Source: an uncultured Collinsella sp. (GTDB lineage: Bacteria > Actinomycetota > Coriobacteriia > Coriobacteriales > Coriobacteriaceae). From it: 64,000 bases of DNA. Position 1 is the stretch's first letter; every line of letters begins with the position of its first letter. The position numbers and the translations under genes are program-made. A model generated the notes under the pieces. That model saw only the letters and a program-made list of their open reading frames with translations, was not told the origin of the DNA and did no database searches. Shown piece by piece: positions 28,872-37,269 of the stretch. The DNA is taken from the NCBI GenBank assembly GCA_958429345.1, contig CAUAJK010000004.1, forward strand, positions 14,781-78,780, read 5' to 3'.

Positions 28872-31352
28872 ATGAGCCCGCAGGCTATCGAGGTGCGTGG
28901 CGCGCGCGTTCATAACCTTAAAGACATCGATATCGATATTCCGCTGGGAAAGCTTGTGGGCATTGCCGGCGTGTCGGGTTCGGGCAAGAGTTCGCTGGCG
29001 CTGGGCGTTCTTTACGCCGAGGGCTCGCGTCGCTACTTGGAAGCACTCAGCACCTATACTCGACGTCGCCTGACGCAGGCCGAACACGCTCAGGTGGACG
29101 AGGTGCTGCACGTGCCGGCGGCGCTCGCATTGCATCAGCGTCCCAGCGTACCGGGCGTGCGTTCCACTTTTGGCACCATGACCGAGCTCAACAACAGCCT
29201 GCGTCTGCTCTTTAGTCGCTGTGCCCATCACGTGTGCCCGCATTGCGGGGCACGCGTGGAGCCGAGCCTTAACGTGGCTGCGGGCCTGTCGCTCACGTGT
29301 CCGACATGCGGCCGCGAGTTCTACGCGCCGAGTGCCGAGGATTTGGCTTTCAATAGCGGCGGTGCGTGCCCCACCTGTGGCGGCACCGGTGTCATGCGCG
29401 AGGTGGACGAGGCGAGCCTGGTGCCCGACGAGTCAAAGACTATCAACGAAGGTGCGGTCCTTCCCTGGGGCACGCTCATGTGGGATCTGATGAAGCAGGT
29501 GGCTGGCGAGATGGGCGTGCGCACCGACGTGCCATTTAACCAGCTCACGCCTCAAGAGCGCGACATCGTGTTCCATGGTCCGGCGGTTAAAAAGCACATT
29601 CTCTACGTGCCCAAAAACGGCGAGGGCGCCACGCCGCTCGATTTCACCTATTACAACGCCGTCTATACCGTTGAGAATGCGCTCGCCAAGGTCAAGGACG
29701 ATAAGGGCTTAAAACGTGTTGCGCGCTTTTTGCGCGAGGGAGCATGCCGTGATTGCGGCGGCACGCGTCTCTCCGAGGCCGCGCGCCAGCCCCAGGTGCG
29801 CGGTATCAATCTGGCGCAGGCCGCGGCCATGACGCTGGGCGAGGCGATTGAGTGGATGCGCGGGGTGCCCGCATCCTTGCCGCCCGAGATGCGGCCCATG
29901 GCGACGGATATCTGCGATTCGTTTTTGAGCGTGGCCCGTCGTCTGGTCGACCTGGGTCTCGATTACCTTTCACTCGACCGCGCTGGCGCCACGCTCTCCA
30001 CGGGTGAGCGCCAGCGCGTGCAGCTTGCCCGCGTGGTGCGCAACCGGTCGACGGGTGTGCTTTATGTGCTGGACGAGCCTTCGATCGGCTTGCATCCTGC
30101 CAATGTCGACGGCTTGGTGGGCGTGATGCGCGATCTGGTGGATGACGGCAACACCGTGGTTGTCGTCGACCACGACACGCGCGTACTGGCGGAAGCCGAC
30201 TATCTGGTCGAGATGGGCCCCGTTGCCGGAGCAGGCGGCGGCAATGTGATCGCCGCTGGTACGGTAGACGAGGTCGAGCAATCGCAGGGCAGCCGTATCG
30301 CGTCGTTTTTGCGCGCAGAGCCCAAGCGTTTGCGCCCACAGGTGACTGACGACGAAATGTTCGATCAGGGCCATATCCGCATGTCGACCGATACCATCCA
30401 TACCGTCAAGCCGCTCGAAGTTGATATCCCGCGCGGCCGCTTGGTCGCGGTTACGGGCGTTTCGGGTTCGGGTAAGACGACGTTGGTACTCGAGACGCTC
30501 ATTCCGGCGCTTAAGGCGCAGGCAGCTGGTGAGCGCCTGCCGGGGCACGTGCGTTGGATAGATGCCGAGGGCATCGCGCGCGCCAACCTGATTGACGCCA
30601 CTCCCATCGGCGCCAATGTTCGCTCGACGGTGGCAACCTATGCCGACATCCATGATGAGCTGCGTCGCGCCTTCGCCCGTACGCCCGAGGCCAAGGCGGC
30701 CGGCTACAAGGCGGGCGCCTTTAGCTACAACACTGGCACTCTGCGCTGCCCTACGTGCGATGGCACGGGCTCGATATCGCTCGACGTGCAGTTTTTGCCC
30801 GACGTCGAGATCGTCTGCCCGGCATGTCGCGGTTCGCGCTACGCCGAGGCCGCCTCGCATATCCATCGCGAGGGCAAGGACGGGAGTCTGCTTACGTTGC
30901 CGCAGCTCATGGACATGAGTGTGGACGAGGCCATCGACGCCACGGTGGGACTCAAGAAGGTTCAGACGCGCTTACAGACCTTGCACGACCTGGGCCTGGG
31001 TTATCTCACACTCGGTGAGCCCACGCCGGCGCTCTCGGGCGGCGAGGCGCAGCGTCTTAAGCTTGCGAGCGAGATGGGCCGCGTGCAGGACGATGCCGTA
31101 TTCGTGTTCGACGAGCCCACGATTGGCCTGCATCCGCTCGATGTCCAAGTGTTGCTGAGTGTGTTCGACGGCCTCGTTGCCAAGGGCGCCACGGTTATCG
31201 TGATCGAACACGATCTCGACCTTATCCGTAACGCCGATTACGTGATCGACATGGGCCCGGGCGGTGGCGATGCGGGCGGGCAAATCGTCTGCGCCGGCAC
31301 GCCGGGCGACATCGCAGCCTGCCCCGCAAGCATCACCGGCCGCTATCTATAG
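28872..31352 (+). CDS. UvrA paralog (short, UvrA2/DrrC-like excinuclease ABC subunit A family)
   Basis: IEVRGARVHNLKDIDIDIP, two ABC modules (GVSGSGKSSLA, GVSGSGKTTL, LSTGERQR / LSGGEAQR) and CxxC zinc modules. Only about 826 aa versus about 940 for canonical UvrA. An ATG at 28839 overlapping the upstream stop is an alternative start. Confidence 0.85.
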   Translation: MSPQAIEVRGARVHNLKDIDIDIPLGKLVGIAGVSGSGKSSLALGVLYAEGSRRYLEALSTYTRRRLTQAEHAQVDEVLHVPAALALHQRPSVPGVRSTFGTMTELNNSLRLLFSRCAHHVCPHCGARVEPSLNVAAGLSLTCPTCGREFYAPSAEDLAFNSGGACPTCGGTGVMREVDEASLVPDESKTINEGAVLPWGTLMWDLMKQVAGEMGVRTDVPFNQLTPQERDIVFHGPAVKKHILYVPKNGEGATPLDFTYYNAVYTVENALAKVKDDKGLKRVARFLREGACRDCGGTRLSEAARQPQVRGINLAQAAAMTLGEAIEWMRGVPASLPPEMRPMATDICDSFLSVARRLVDLGLDYLSLDRAGATLSTGERQRVQLARVVRNRSTGVLYVLDEPSIGLHPANVDGLVGVMRDLVDDGNTVVVVDHDTRVLAEADYLVEMGPVAGAGGGNVIAAGTVDEVEQSQGSRIASFLRAEPKRLRPQVTDDEMFDQGHIRMSTDTIHTVKPLEVDIPRGRLVAVTGVSGSGKTTLVLETLIPALKAQAAGERLPGHVRWIDAEGIARANLIDATPIGANVRSTVATYADIHDELRRAFARTPEAKAAGYKAGAFSYNTGTLRCPTCDGTGSISLDVQFLPDVEIVCPACRGSRYAEAASHIHREGKDGSLLTLPQLMDMSVDEAIDATVGLKKVQTRLQTLHDLGLGYLTLGEPTPALSGGEAQRLKLASEMGRVQDDAVFVFDEPTIGLHPLDVQVLLSVFDGLVAKGATVIVIEHDLDLIRNADYVIDMGPGGGDAGGQIVCAGTPGDIAACPASITGRYL

Positions 31353-31353
31353 A

Positions 31354-31388
31354 CAATGAGGCAAAGGGACAGCCTCTTTGCCTCATTG
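31354..31388. terminator. Bidirectional hairpin with GGGACAG loop between convergent genes
   Basis: CAATGAGGCAAAG-GGACAGCCT-CTTTGCCTCATTG, a 13-bp perfect stem. Confidence 0.8.
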
Positions 31389-31392
31389 ATGC

Positions 31393-32493
31393 CTATTTCA
31401 CGCATTGAGCCGCGAGATAGTCGCGGAAGAATGGCAATTCAAATGCGACGAGCCCTCGTCCTCGTTCCCCGATGATGCCGGCATCTATCATGCGGCGTCG
31501 GTAGCGGGAGACCTGCTGCGGCGAACGTTTAAGGCGCTCGACAAGGTCGGCGGTGGTGGACTCTTCCTCGTCATCGAGCATGGCGATGAGGAATCGCTTG
31601 TCCTCTGCAGTGAGTTCCCGATAGGTTGCCGCGAGGATTCGGTCGTCCATCTCGTCGCGCGCGATTTTGATTCCCAGGTCAAAGTCGCGTGACGAGATTT
31701 CCTTCGAATTGCTTGTGAGATCCCAGGCACGGTAGCCTACGAGTTGCAATAGGAAGGGAAAACCAGAGATCGAGCGAACGGCTCTATCGATTCCCTCGGC
31801 ATCTGCCAGGCGATCGTTTTCCTGGATTGTGCGAATCAAGGCCTCGCGTACGTCATAGTCGGCAATGCGACCCAGATGATATTGTTGGGCGCGGCGAAGG
31901 AACGAGACCGTCTTGTGGTTCAGTAGCGTCGATACGTTGTTGGGAAGTCCCGCCATGAGCAGGGCGACGCGTTTTCCATCGGTCACAAAGTGCTGATACG
32001 TCGCTGCGAGCTGAATCATCTCGTCGAGTGTCGGGTCCACCTCGTCAACCGTGACGAGCAGACCGGTGCCCGCCTCGTTGAGCTGGTCGATGATGTCGCT
32101 CATGCGATAACGCCAGGTTGAGGCATCGTGAACGCGATTGACCTCGATGCTGCCGAGCGGTGCAATTCCGAGGCCGGTGACTTCGAAGTTGTTAGACGGG
32201 TCGATGAGATGGCCGGCAGCACGTTTCGCCCCGAACTCGATTTCCTCAAGCATTCCCGGGAGCGCGGTCGTCTTTACGGCTATCCAGCCGTGGGATTCCG
32301 CCCTTGTCGCGAGCGACGACATGAGAGCGGTTTTACCGGTTCCACGCGCGCCTGAGAAGATCGAGGTCAATTCTGGGCGCCTGCGCTGGCTCAAGAAGGC
32401 ACGGTCCAAATCTCGAATAATCTGTTGTCTGCCAGCGAGATGGGCGGGAACCTCACCAAAACTGGGGGTAAACGGGTTCTCGAGATATTTCAC
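31393..32493 (-). CDS. AAA/P-loop NTPase with C-terminal wHTH, paralog of 27728-28846
   Basis: Walker A GARGTGKT, Walker B LLVTVDEVD, VSFLRRAQQ, GFPFLLQLVGY and a C-terminal wHTH. GTG start with RBS AAGGAGA. Confidence 0.75.
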   Translation of the reverse strand: MKYLENPFTPSFGEVPAHLAGRQQIIRDLDRAFLSQRRRPELTSIFSGARGTGKTALMSSLATRAESHGWIAVKTTALPGMLEEIEFGAKRAAGHLIDPSNNFEVTGLGIAPLGSIEVNRVHDASTWRYRMSDIIDQLNEAGTGLLVTVDEVDPTLDEMIQLAATYQHFVTDGKRVALLMAGLPNNVSTLLNHKTVSFLRRAQQYHLGRIADYDVREALIRTIQENDRLADAEGIDRAVRSISGFPFLLQLVGYRAWDLTSNSKEISSRDFDLGIKIARDEMDDRILAATYRELTAEDKRFLIAMLDDEEESTTADLVERLKRSPQQVSRYRRRMIDAGIIGERGRGLVAFELPFFRDYLAAQCVK

Positions 32494-32610
32494 AAGGCTC
32501 TCCTTTCACACCGGCGTTTAACTTCATTTTACTTTAGTTAATTCTGATTAAAAGTGAGGGCTCTTTATCTAGAGCATCAATTAGGCGTGTGCGCCATCGG
32601 CGTGGCGCTT

Positions 32611-32645
32611 GAATGTGACAAAGGGATAGTTCCTTTGTCACATTC
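32611..32645. repeat. Perfect 14-bp-stem palindrome GAATGTGACAAAGG-GATAGTT-CCTTTGTCACATTC
   Basis: Read directly. It contains the ATG-TGA end of trmL on the minus strand. The 29-nt core is identical to 27630-27658 except for one loop base. Confidence 0.95.
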
Positions 32646-33237
32646 CCGGAAAGCCTGCCTGGCGCAGGGCCTCGTAGAGGACGATGGCGGCGCTGTTGGA
32701 GAGGTTGAGTGCGCTGATGCGGTAGTCGTCGGGGTTGACGAAGTTGCCGCAGATGTCCTGTTGAAGGATGGCCTCGTGGCTGTCCTCGGTATGCCCCAGC
32801 GATTCCTCGTGGGCTCCCCAAGCCTCGGCGTTATCGAGTGAGTCGCAATCGCGCAGCATTGGGATGCGCTCGCAACGCTCGGGAGCTGCGGCAAGCAGTG
32901 GCTCGGGAATGCCCGAGCTCTCGCTGCCAAAGACCAAATAGTCGCCATCGCGGTAGGTGCTCTGCGCATAGGTGCGGCGTGCTTTTTTGGTCAGCAGATG
33001 TAGGCGACCATCGGCGGGGGAGAGGCCGTTGCGCGCAAGGAAATCCTCCCATCCGGCATAGGTTGTCACGTCCAAGTTTTGCCAGTAGCCCAGGCCGGCG
33101 CGACGCACCGTCTTGTCGTCGAGTGAAAACCCCAGCGGCTCCACCAGATGCAGGCGGGCGCCGGTGACCACGCAGGTGCGGCCGATATTGCCCGTATTGG
33201 CCGGAATCTCGGGCGCATACAGCACGATGTTGAACAT
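32638..33237 (-). CDS. trmL: tRNA (cytidine/uridine-34-2'-O)-methyltransferase TrmL with an internal ~45-aa insertion
   Basis: MFNIVLYAPEIPANTGNIGRTC...DGDYLVFGSESSGIP...IPM...ALNLSNSAAIVLYEA are SPOUT/TrmL motifs. 199 aa versus about 155 typical. Confidence 0.85.
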   Translation of the reverse strand: MFNIVLYAPEIPANTGNIGRTCVVTGARLHLVEPLGFSLDDKTVRRAGLGYWQNLDVTTYAGWEDFLARNGLSPADGRLHLLTKKARRTYAQSTYRDGDYLVFGSESSGIPEPLLAAAPERCERIPMLRDCDSLDNAEAWGAHEESLGHTEDSHEAILQQDICGNFVNPDDYRISALNLSNSAAIVLYEALRQAGFPGM

Positions 33238-33260
33238 GAATCTCCTTGGCTCAGAACGAA

Positions 33261-33299
33261 AAACCACCACGAAGGGGACAGGCACCTTCGTGGTGGTTT
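33261..33299 (-). terminator. Rho-independent terminator of the COG0523 gene; loop carries GGGACAG on the + strand
   Basis: AAACCACCACGAAGG-GGACAGGCA-CCTTCGTGGTGGTTT, followed by a T-run on the minus strand. Confidence 0.8.
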
Positions 33300-33338
33300 G
33301 GCGGTTACGTAGGCGGACAAATACCCGCTTGGATAAAC

Positions 33339-34469
33339 CTAGGCGCGGTGCCAGTCGGTCAGGCAGGCATCGAGGGAGGCGATGAGCGCATCCTTGTCCA
33401 TGTGACGGCCGATGATGCACAAGCTCGTCATACGGTCGCCCGTCTCGTCGTCCCAAATCTGCATGATTTCGGGGTTCTCGTCGATGATCTTCTGCTTCTC
33501 GCCCTCGGGCGCCGAGTCGACAAACAGGCCGTTCTCCATCAGGCGCATCTGGTGGCCGGCCTGCTCAAACATGTAGCACATGTCCGGATCGCCGGTCTGC
33601 CACAGTGGGCCCTTGACGCGAATGACCTCGTCGGGCCACTCCTGCTCAACAAAATCGGTGAACTTTTGCAGGTCAAACGGCTTGCGGCGCGAGTACACAA
33701 AGGTCTCGATGTCGTACTCGAGCACCTCGGGGTCGTCGTGCTCCTCGGGATGCTCCATGGCCTCGATCCAGGCGGCGGAGTTGTAGGCGCGCATAAAGTC
33801 GAAGCGGTCGGTGTCGAGCAGCTCCTCCATAGGAACCTCGCCGTTTTGAGCCTCGACGATCACGGCGTCCTTCTGAAGGCTGCGCACGATGGCCTTGAGC
33901 TCGGCGATCTGCTCAGGGCTCACGGTATCGGTCTTGTTGAGGATCAGCGTAGAGCAGAACTCGATCTGCTGGATGAGCAGGCTCTCGATGTCGTCCTCGT
34001 CGATATCCTCGGCCAGCAGGTCACGGCCGCCGTTGAACTCGTCATACATGCGGGCGCAATCGACCACGGCTACGATGTTGTCGAGCGCGAGCTTGGGTTC
34101 GCCGCCCACCTTGGCCTCGTCGCAGAAGCTCGAGATGGTGTAGGCGATGGGGATGGGCTCGCAAATACCCGATGCCTCGATGATGATGTAGTCGAAGTCG
34201 CCCGAATCGGCGATGCCCTGCAGCTGGTTGGCAAGGTCGTCCGAAAGCGTGCAGCAGATGCAGCCGTTGGTGAGCGGGATGAGGTCATCGGTTTCGGAAA
34301 GGCCACCGTCGGCGATGAGGCTGGCGTCGACGTTGATCTCGCCGATGTCGTTGACGATCACGGCGGCGCGGATGCCGCCGTCGTTAGCGAGGATGTGGTT
34401 GAGCAGCGTGGTCTTGCCGGCACCGAGGTATCCGGTAAGCATGATGATCTTCACGGGTTTGTTGGGCAT
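33339..34469 (-). CDS. COG0523/CobW family GTPase metallochaperone
   Basis: P-loop GYLGAGKTTLLNHIL and metal motif GCICCTL. RBS AAGGAGGG precedes the ATG at 34469. Confidence 0.85.
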   Translation of the reverse strand: MPNKPVKIIMLTGYLGAGKTTLLNHILANDGGIRAAVIVNDIGEINVDASLIADGGLSETDDLIPLTNGCICCTLSDDLANQLQGIADSGDFDYIIIEASGICEPIPIAYTISSFCDEAKVGGEPKLALDNIVAVVDCARMYDEFNGGRDLLAEDIDEDDIESLLIQQIEFCSTLILNKTDTVSPEQIAELKAIVRSLQKDAVIVEAQNGEVPMEELLDTDRFDFMRAYNSAAWIEAMEHPEEHDDPEVLEYDIETFVYSRRKPFDLQKFTDFVEQEWPDEVIRVKGPLWQTGDPDMCYMFEQAGHQMRLMENGLFVDSAPEGEKQKIIDENPEIMQIWDDETGDRMTSLCIIGRHMDKDALIASLDACLTDWHRA

Positions 34470-34555
34470 GTGCCCTCCTTTGTTAGACATGGCTTACAGT
34501 TGAATCTTATGCCAAACGCCTGCTCTTATACCCACGCGCCGGCAAATAACACAAG

Positions 34556-34897
34556 CTACTCCCAGGCTCCCCATACATCGGGGCAATAACCGACGGTGGC
34601 CTTCTTGCCGTTGCGCACGATGGGCTCGGCTAGAACCTGCTGGTTCTCGAGCAGCTTGTCGAAGCGCTGGCTAGGGGTGAGGTGCTGGATGAGCGCGAGT
34701 GTCTCCTCGTCCTTGGCTTTGGGGTTGAGCAGCTTGTCGATGCCGCCGACCGCCTGCATCACGCTCGTGAGCTCGCCCTTGCTCATCTCCTTTTCCTTAA
34801 GGTCGATAAACTGCACCTTAATGCGGCGCTCTTTGAAGAAGCGCTGTGCTTTCTTGGTATCGAAGGACTTTTTGGTGCCAAAAATCTGCACGTTCAT
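34556..34897 (-). CDS. ArsC/Spx/MgsR family protein (N-terminal Cys replaced by Ser)
   Basis: MNVQIFGTKKSFDTKKAQRFFKERRI is the family N-terminus. Members of this family usually have a Cys at the KKS position. Confidence 0.7.
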   Translation of the reverse strand: MNVQIFGTKKSFDTKKAQRFFKERRIKVQFIDLKEKEMSKGELTSVMQAVGGIDKLLNPKAKDEETLALIQHLTPSQRFDKLLENQQVLAEPIVRNGKKATVGYCPDVWGAWE

Positions 34898-34914
34898 GTA
34901 TTTGTTCCGCCGTT

Positions 34915-35538
34915 CTACCTGATGAAGTTGGTCGTTGCTCGATCTGCCTCGGGTGCGTTGATGCCGGCGGCCTGTCCTGCCTCGATACAGCGAAGGAGCC
35001 AGGCCATGTTTTTGCCGATGTTGCGCATGGTGGCAAGGCCCTCGGCGTCCCCATTGGCGTCGCCGGGCACGCGACCAAACACGTTGTTCCAGTACGTGGA
35101 GGCGACCACGGGCATCTGGTTGATGGTGAAGTACTTGTTGAGCACATCGAAGGTGGTCGATGTACCGCCGCGACGGGCGACGGCGACGGCAGCGCCCGGC
35201 TTGTGTGCAAAGGCTTTGCCTCCGGCATAGAATGCGCGGTCGAGAGCCGAGAGGATGCGTCCGCTGGGGTGCGCGTAGTAGACGGGCGAGCCAAAGACAA
35301 AGCCGTCTGCCTGCTTGGCGGCAGCGATGAGCTCGTTCACCACGTCATCGTCAAAGGTGCAGCGACCGCCAAGCTTGCCGCACTGACCGCAGCCGATGCA
35401 GTCGCGAATGGGCTTGGCGCCCAGCTGAAACACCTCGGTATCAATACCTTCGGCATTGAGCTGCTCGGCGACCTCGGCGAGTGCACGGGCGGTGTTGCCG
35501 TTTGCCTTGGGGCTGCCATTGACCAAAAGAACCTTCAT
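34915..35538 (-). CDS. Flavodoxin-like NAD(P)H-dependent FMN reductase / iron-sulfur flavoprotein
   Basis: MKVLLVNGSPKANGNT and the Cys cluster CIGCGQCGKLGGRC. Confidence 0.8.
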   Translation of the reverse strand: MKVLLVNGSPKANGNTARALAEVAEQLNAEGIDTEVFQLGAKPIRDCIGCGQCGKLGGRCTFDDDVVNELIAAAKQADGFVFGSPVYYAHPSGRILSALDRAFYAGGKAFAHKPGAAVAVARRGGTSTTFDVLNKYFTINQMPVVASTYWNNVFGRVPGDANGDAEGLATMRNIGKNMAWLLRCIEAGQAAGINAPEADRATTNFIR

Positions 35539-35612
35539 CACAAACTCCCTCTGCTTTTGGTGACTTCTGCAGAGGATTATCGCACGATGGGGGAGGCGGC
35601 GCGGGCGCGGTG

Positions 35613-37142
35613 CTAATCCAGTTTGGTACCTGGCACCTGCACGGCTTTCCCGAGCAGCGCTTTGAGCTCGTTCAAAATGGAAACGGGCTGTCGGTCAACG
35701 CTGTCCAGATGAAGCGTCGCCACACGAATGGGTGGCTGATATTCAAGTGAGCCGATGAGCACGGGAGAACCCAGGAACCGCTCGATTTCTTCCGCGATCG
35801 CGTCGGTCTCTTCGGGATCAAAGTCGTCGAAAAGCGCCACGAACATTGGTCCCGTCGAGCGGAACAGGCGACCCTTGCCGCGCGAACAATCCATGAGACA
35901 GGCGGCGCTTTCGGCGAGCACGCGGTCGCCTGCATCGAATCCAAAGCGGGCATTGACTTCGGCGATATCGTCGACCTTAATGGCAATAAAGCCTGCCCCG
36001 CGCGCCACGCGGCGCATCTCTCCAATAGCGTTGACCAGCGCGTGGACATCGCCCAGGCCCGTTACCGAGTCGGTCGTATCTGCCAAGCTTCGGTTGATGA
36101 TAATGCCCACATACATGCTGGGCTCGGTGTCGGTGCCGTCCAAACGGTAGCCCGTGCAGTCGCAAAGCACGTATTTTCCGGTGGCATCCATTACGCGATA
36201 CTGCATGTAGTGGAAGTGCCACGTGCCGTTTATCACCATGTCGAGCTCGGCGCGTACGTTGTCGCGGTCCTCGGGATGAACGCGGGCGAGCCACATGTCG
36301 AGTGAGTTAAAAGGGTGCTGGGAGGGCAGGTCAAAATCGCGCACGGCGTTAACCGACCATTGCGATTCTCCCGTATCGAGGTTAAGGATGAACGGATAGC
36401 GCGTCTCGGAGCTCATGGAGATCGCTTGGAACACTCGGTCGTTGCAGGGAAGCTGATCGACGATTGGGCGTTGCGGCGCATCATTGTCTTTCGGTTGCTG
36501 CACACGATGCATAAGCTTATAGCGATACATCTTGCGATCGGCATCCATCGTCATCTGGCGACGTGTGTCGCCGGCAAGTGGATCGACGCGCGAGCAGCCA
36601 AAGCTAAAGCTGCCGATCATGGGCGCCTTGCCGCCTGAGCTCGCCTCGATCAGCCCGGCACGTACCTGCTCCAAGCGCTGCTCGAGTTCAGTCTCGTTTG
36701 CGGAGAGCGAGATGAGCACAAACTCGTCTCCACCGATGCGGAACAGCATCTCATCGTGCTTCATGGTTTCGGAGAGCGTGCGGCAGATGCTCAGAATATA
36801 GCGATTGCCTTCGGCGTGGCCAAACCTATCATTGCAATGTTTGAGATGGTCGATGTCAATATAGGCGCAGGTGAAGGGGTCGCCTTTGTGCCAGAGTTGC
36901 TCGACGTGACGGTCGAATCCGTTGCGGTTGCCCAAGTTGGTGAGCGGGTCGATATAGGCGTTGCTCTCAAGCAGCCGGCGCTCTTGTTGCAGGATGGCAT
37001 GCGTCTTTTGCAGCTGCTCACCAACGGCGCGTAGCCCAGCGGGCAGCGCGGCAACATCGAGTTCGGCGGTCGAGACGCCATTCGCAAGTCGCTGAAGATA
37101 GGCAATAATCGATTGCTCGCCCAGGCGATAGGACTCGTTCAT
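35613..37142 (-). CDS. GGDEF - PAS-like - degenerate GGDEF protein (diguanylate cyclase)
   Basis: The N-terminal domain has an intact RIGGDEFVLISL. The middle is PAS-like (VHPEDRDNV...YRVMDATGKY). The C-terminal GGDEF-like domain lacks the motif. RBS AAGGAGG. Confidence 0.8.
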   Translation of the reverse strand: MNESYRLGEQSIIAYLQRLANGVSTAELDVAALPAGLRAVGEQLQKTHAILQQERRLLESNAYIDPLTNLGNRNGFDRHVEQLWHKGDPFTCAYIDIDHLKHCNDRFGHAEGNRYILSICRTLSETMKHDEMLFRIGGDEFVLISLSANETELEQRLEQVRAGLIEASSGGKAPMIGSFSFGCSRVDPLAGDTRRQMTMDADRKMYRYKLMHRVQQPKDNDAPQRPIVDQLPCNDRVFQAISMSSETRYPFILNLDTGESQWSVNAVRDFDLPSQHPFNSLDMWLARVHPEDRDNVRAELDMVINGTWHFHYMQYRVMDATGKYVLCDCTGYRLDGTDTEPSMYVGIIINRSLADTTDSVTGLGDVHALVNAIGEMRRVARGAGFIAIKVDDIAEVNARFGFDAGDRVLAESAACLMDCSRGKGRLFRSTGPMFVALFDDFDPEETDAIAEEIERFLGSPVLIGSLEYQPPIRVATLHLDSVDRQPVSILNELKALLGKAVQVPGTKLD

Positions 37143-37269
37143 GATGGATAACCTCCTTGGGCGGAACAACGGTTTGTATCATATCCCCAATTCGGTTTGA
37201 ATTGGGGATATAAGTTAGCTAATGGAGGCAAATTCCCCCTTCGGTGATGGCGTTTTGCGCGCGAGCGAA

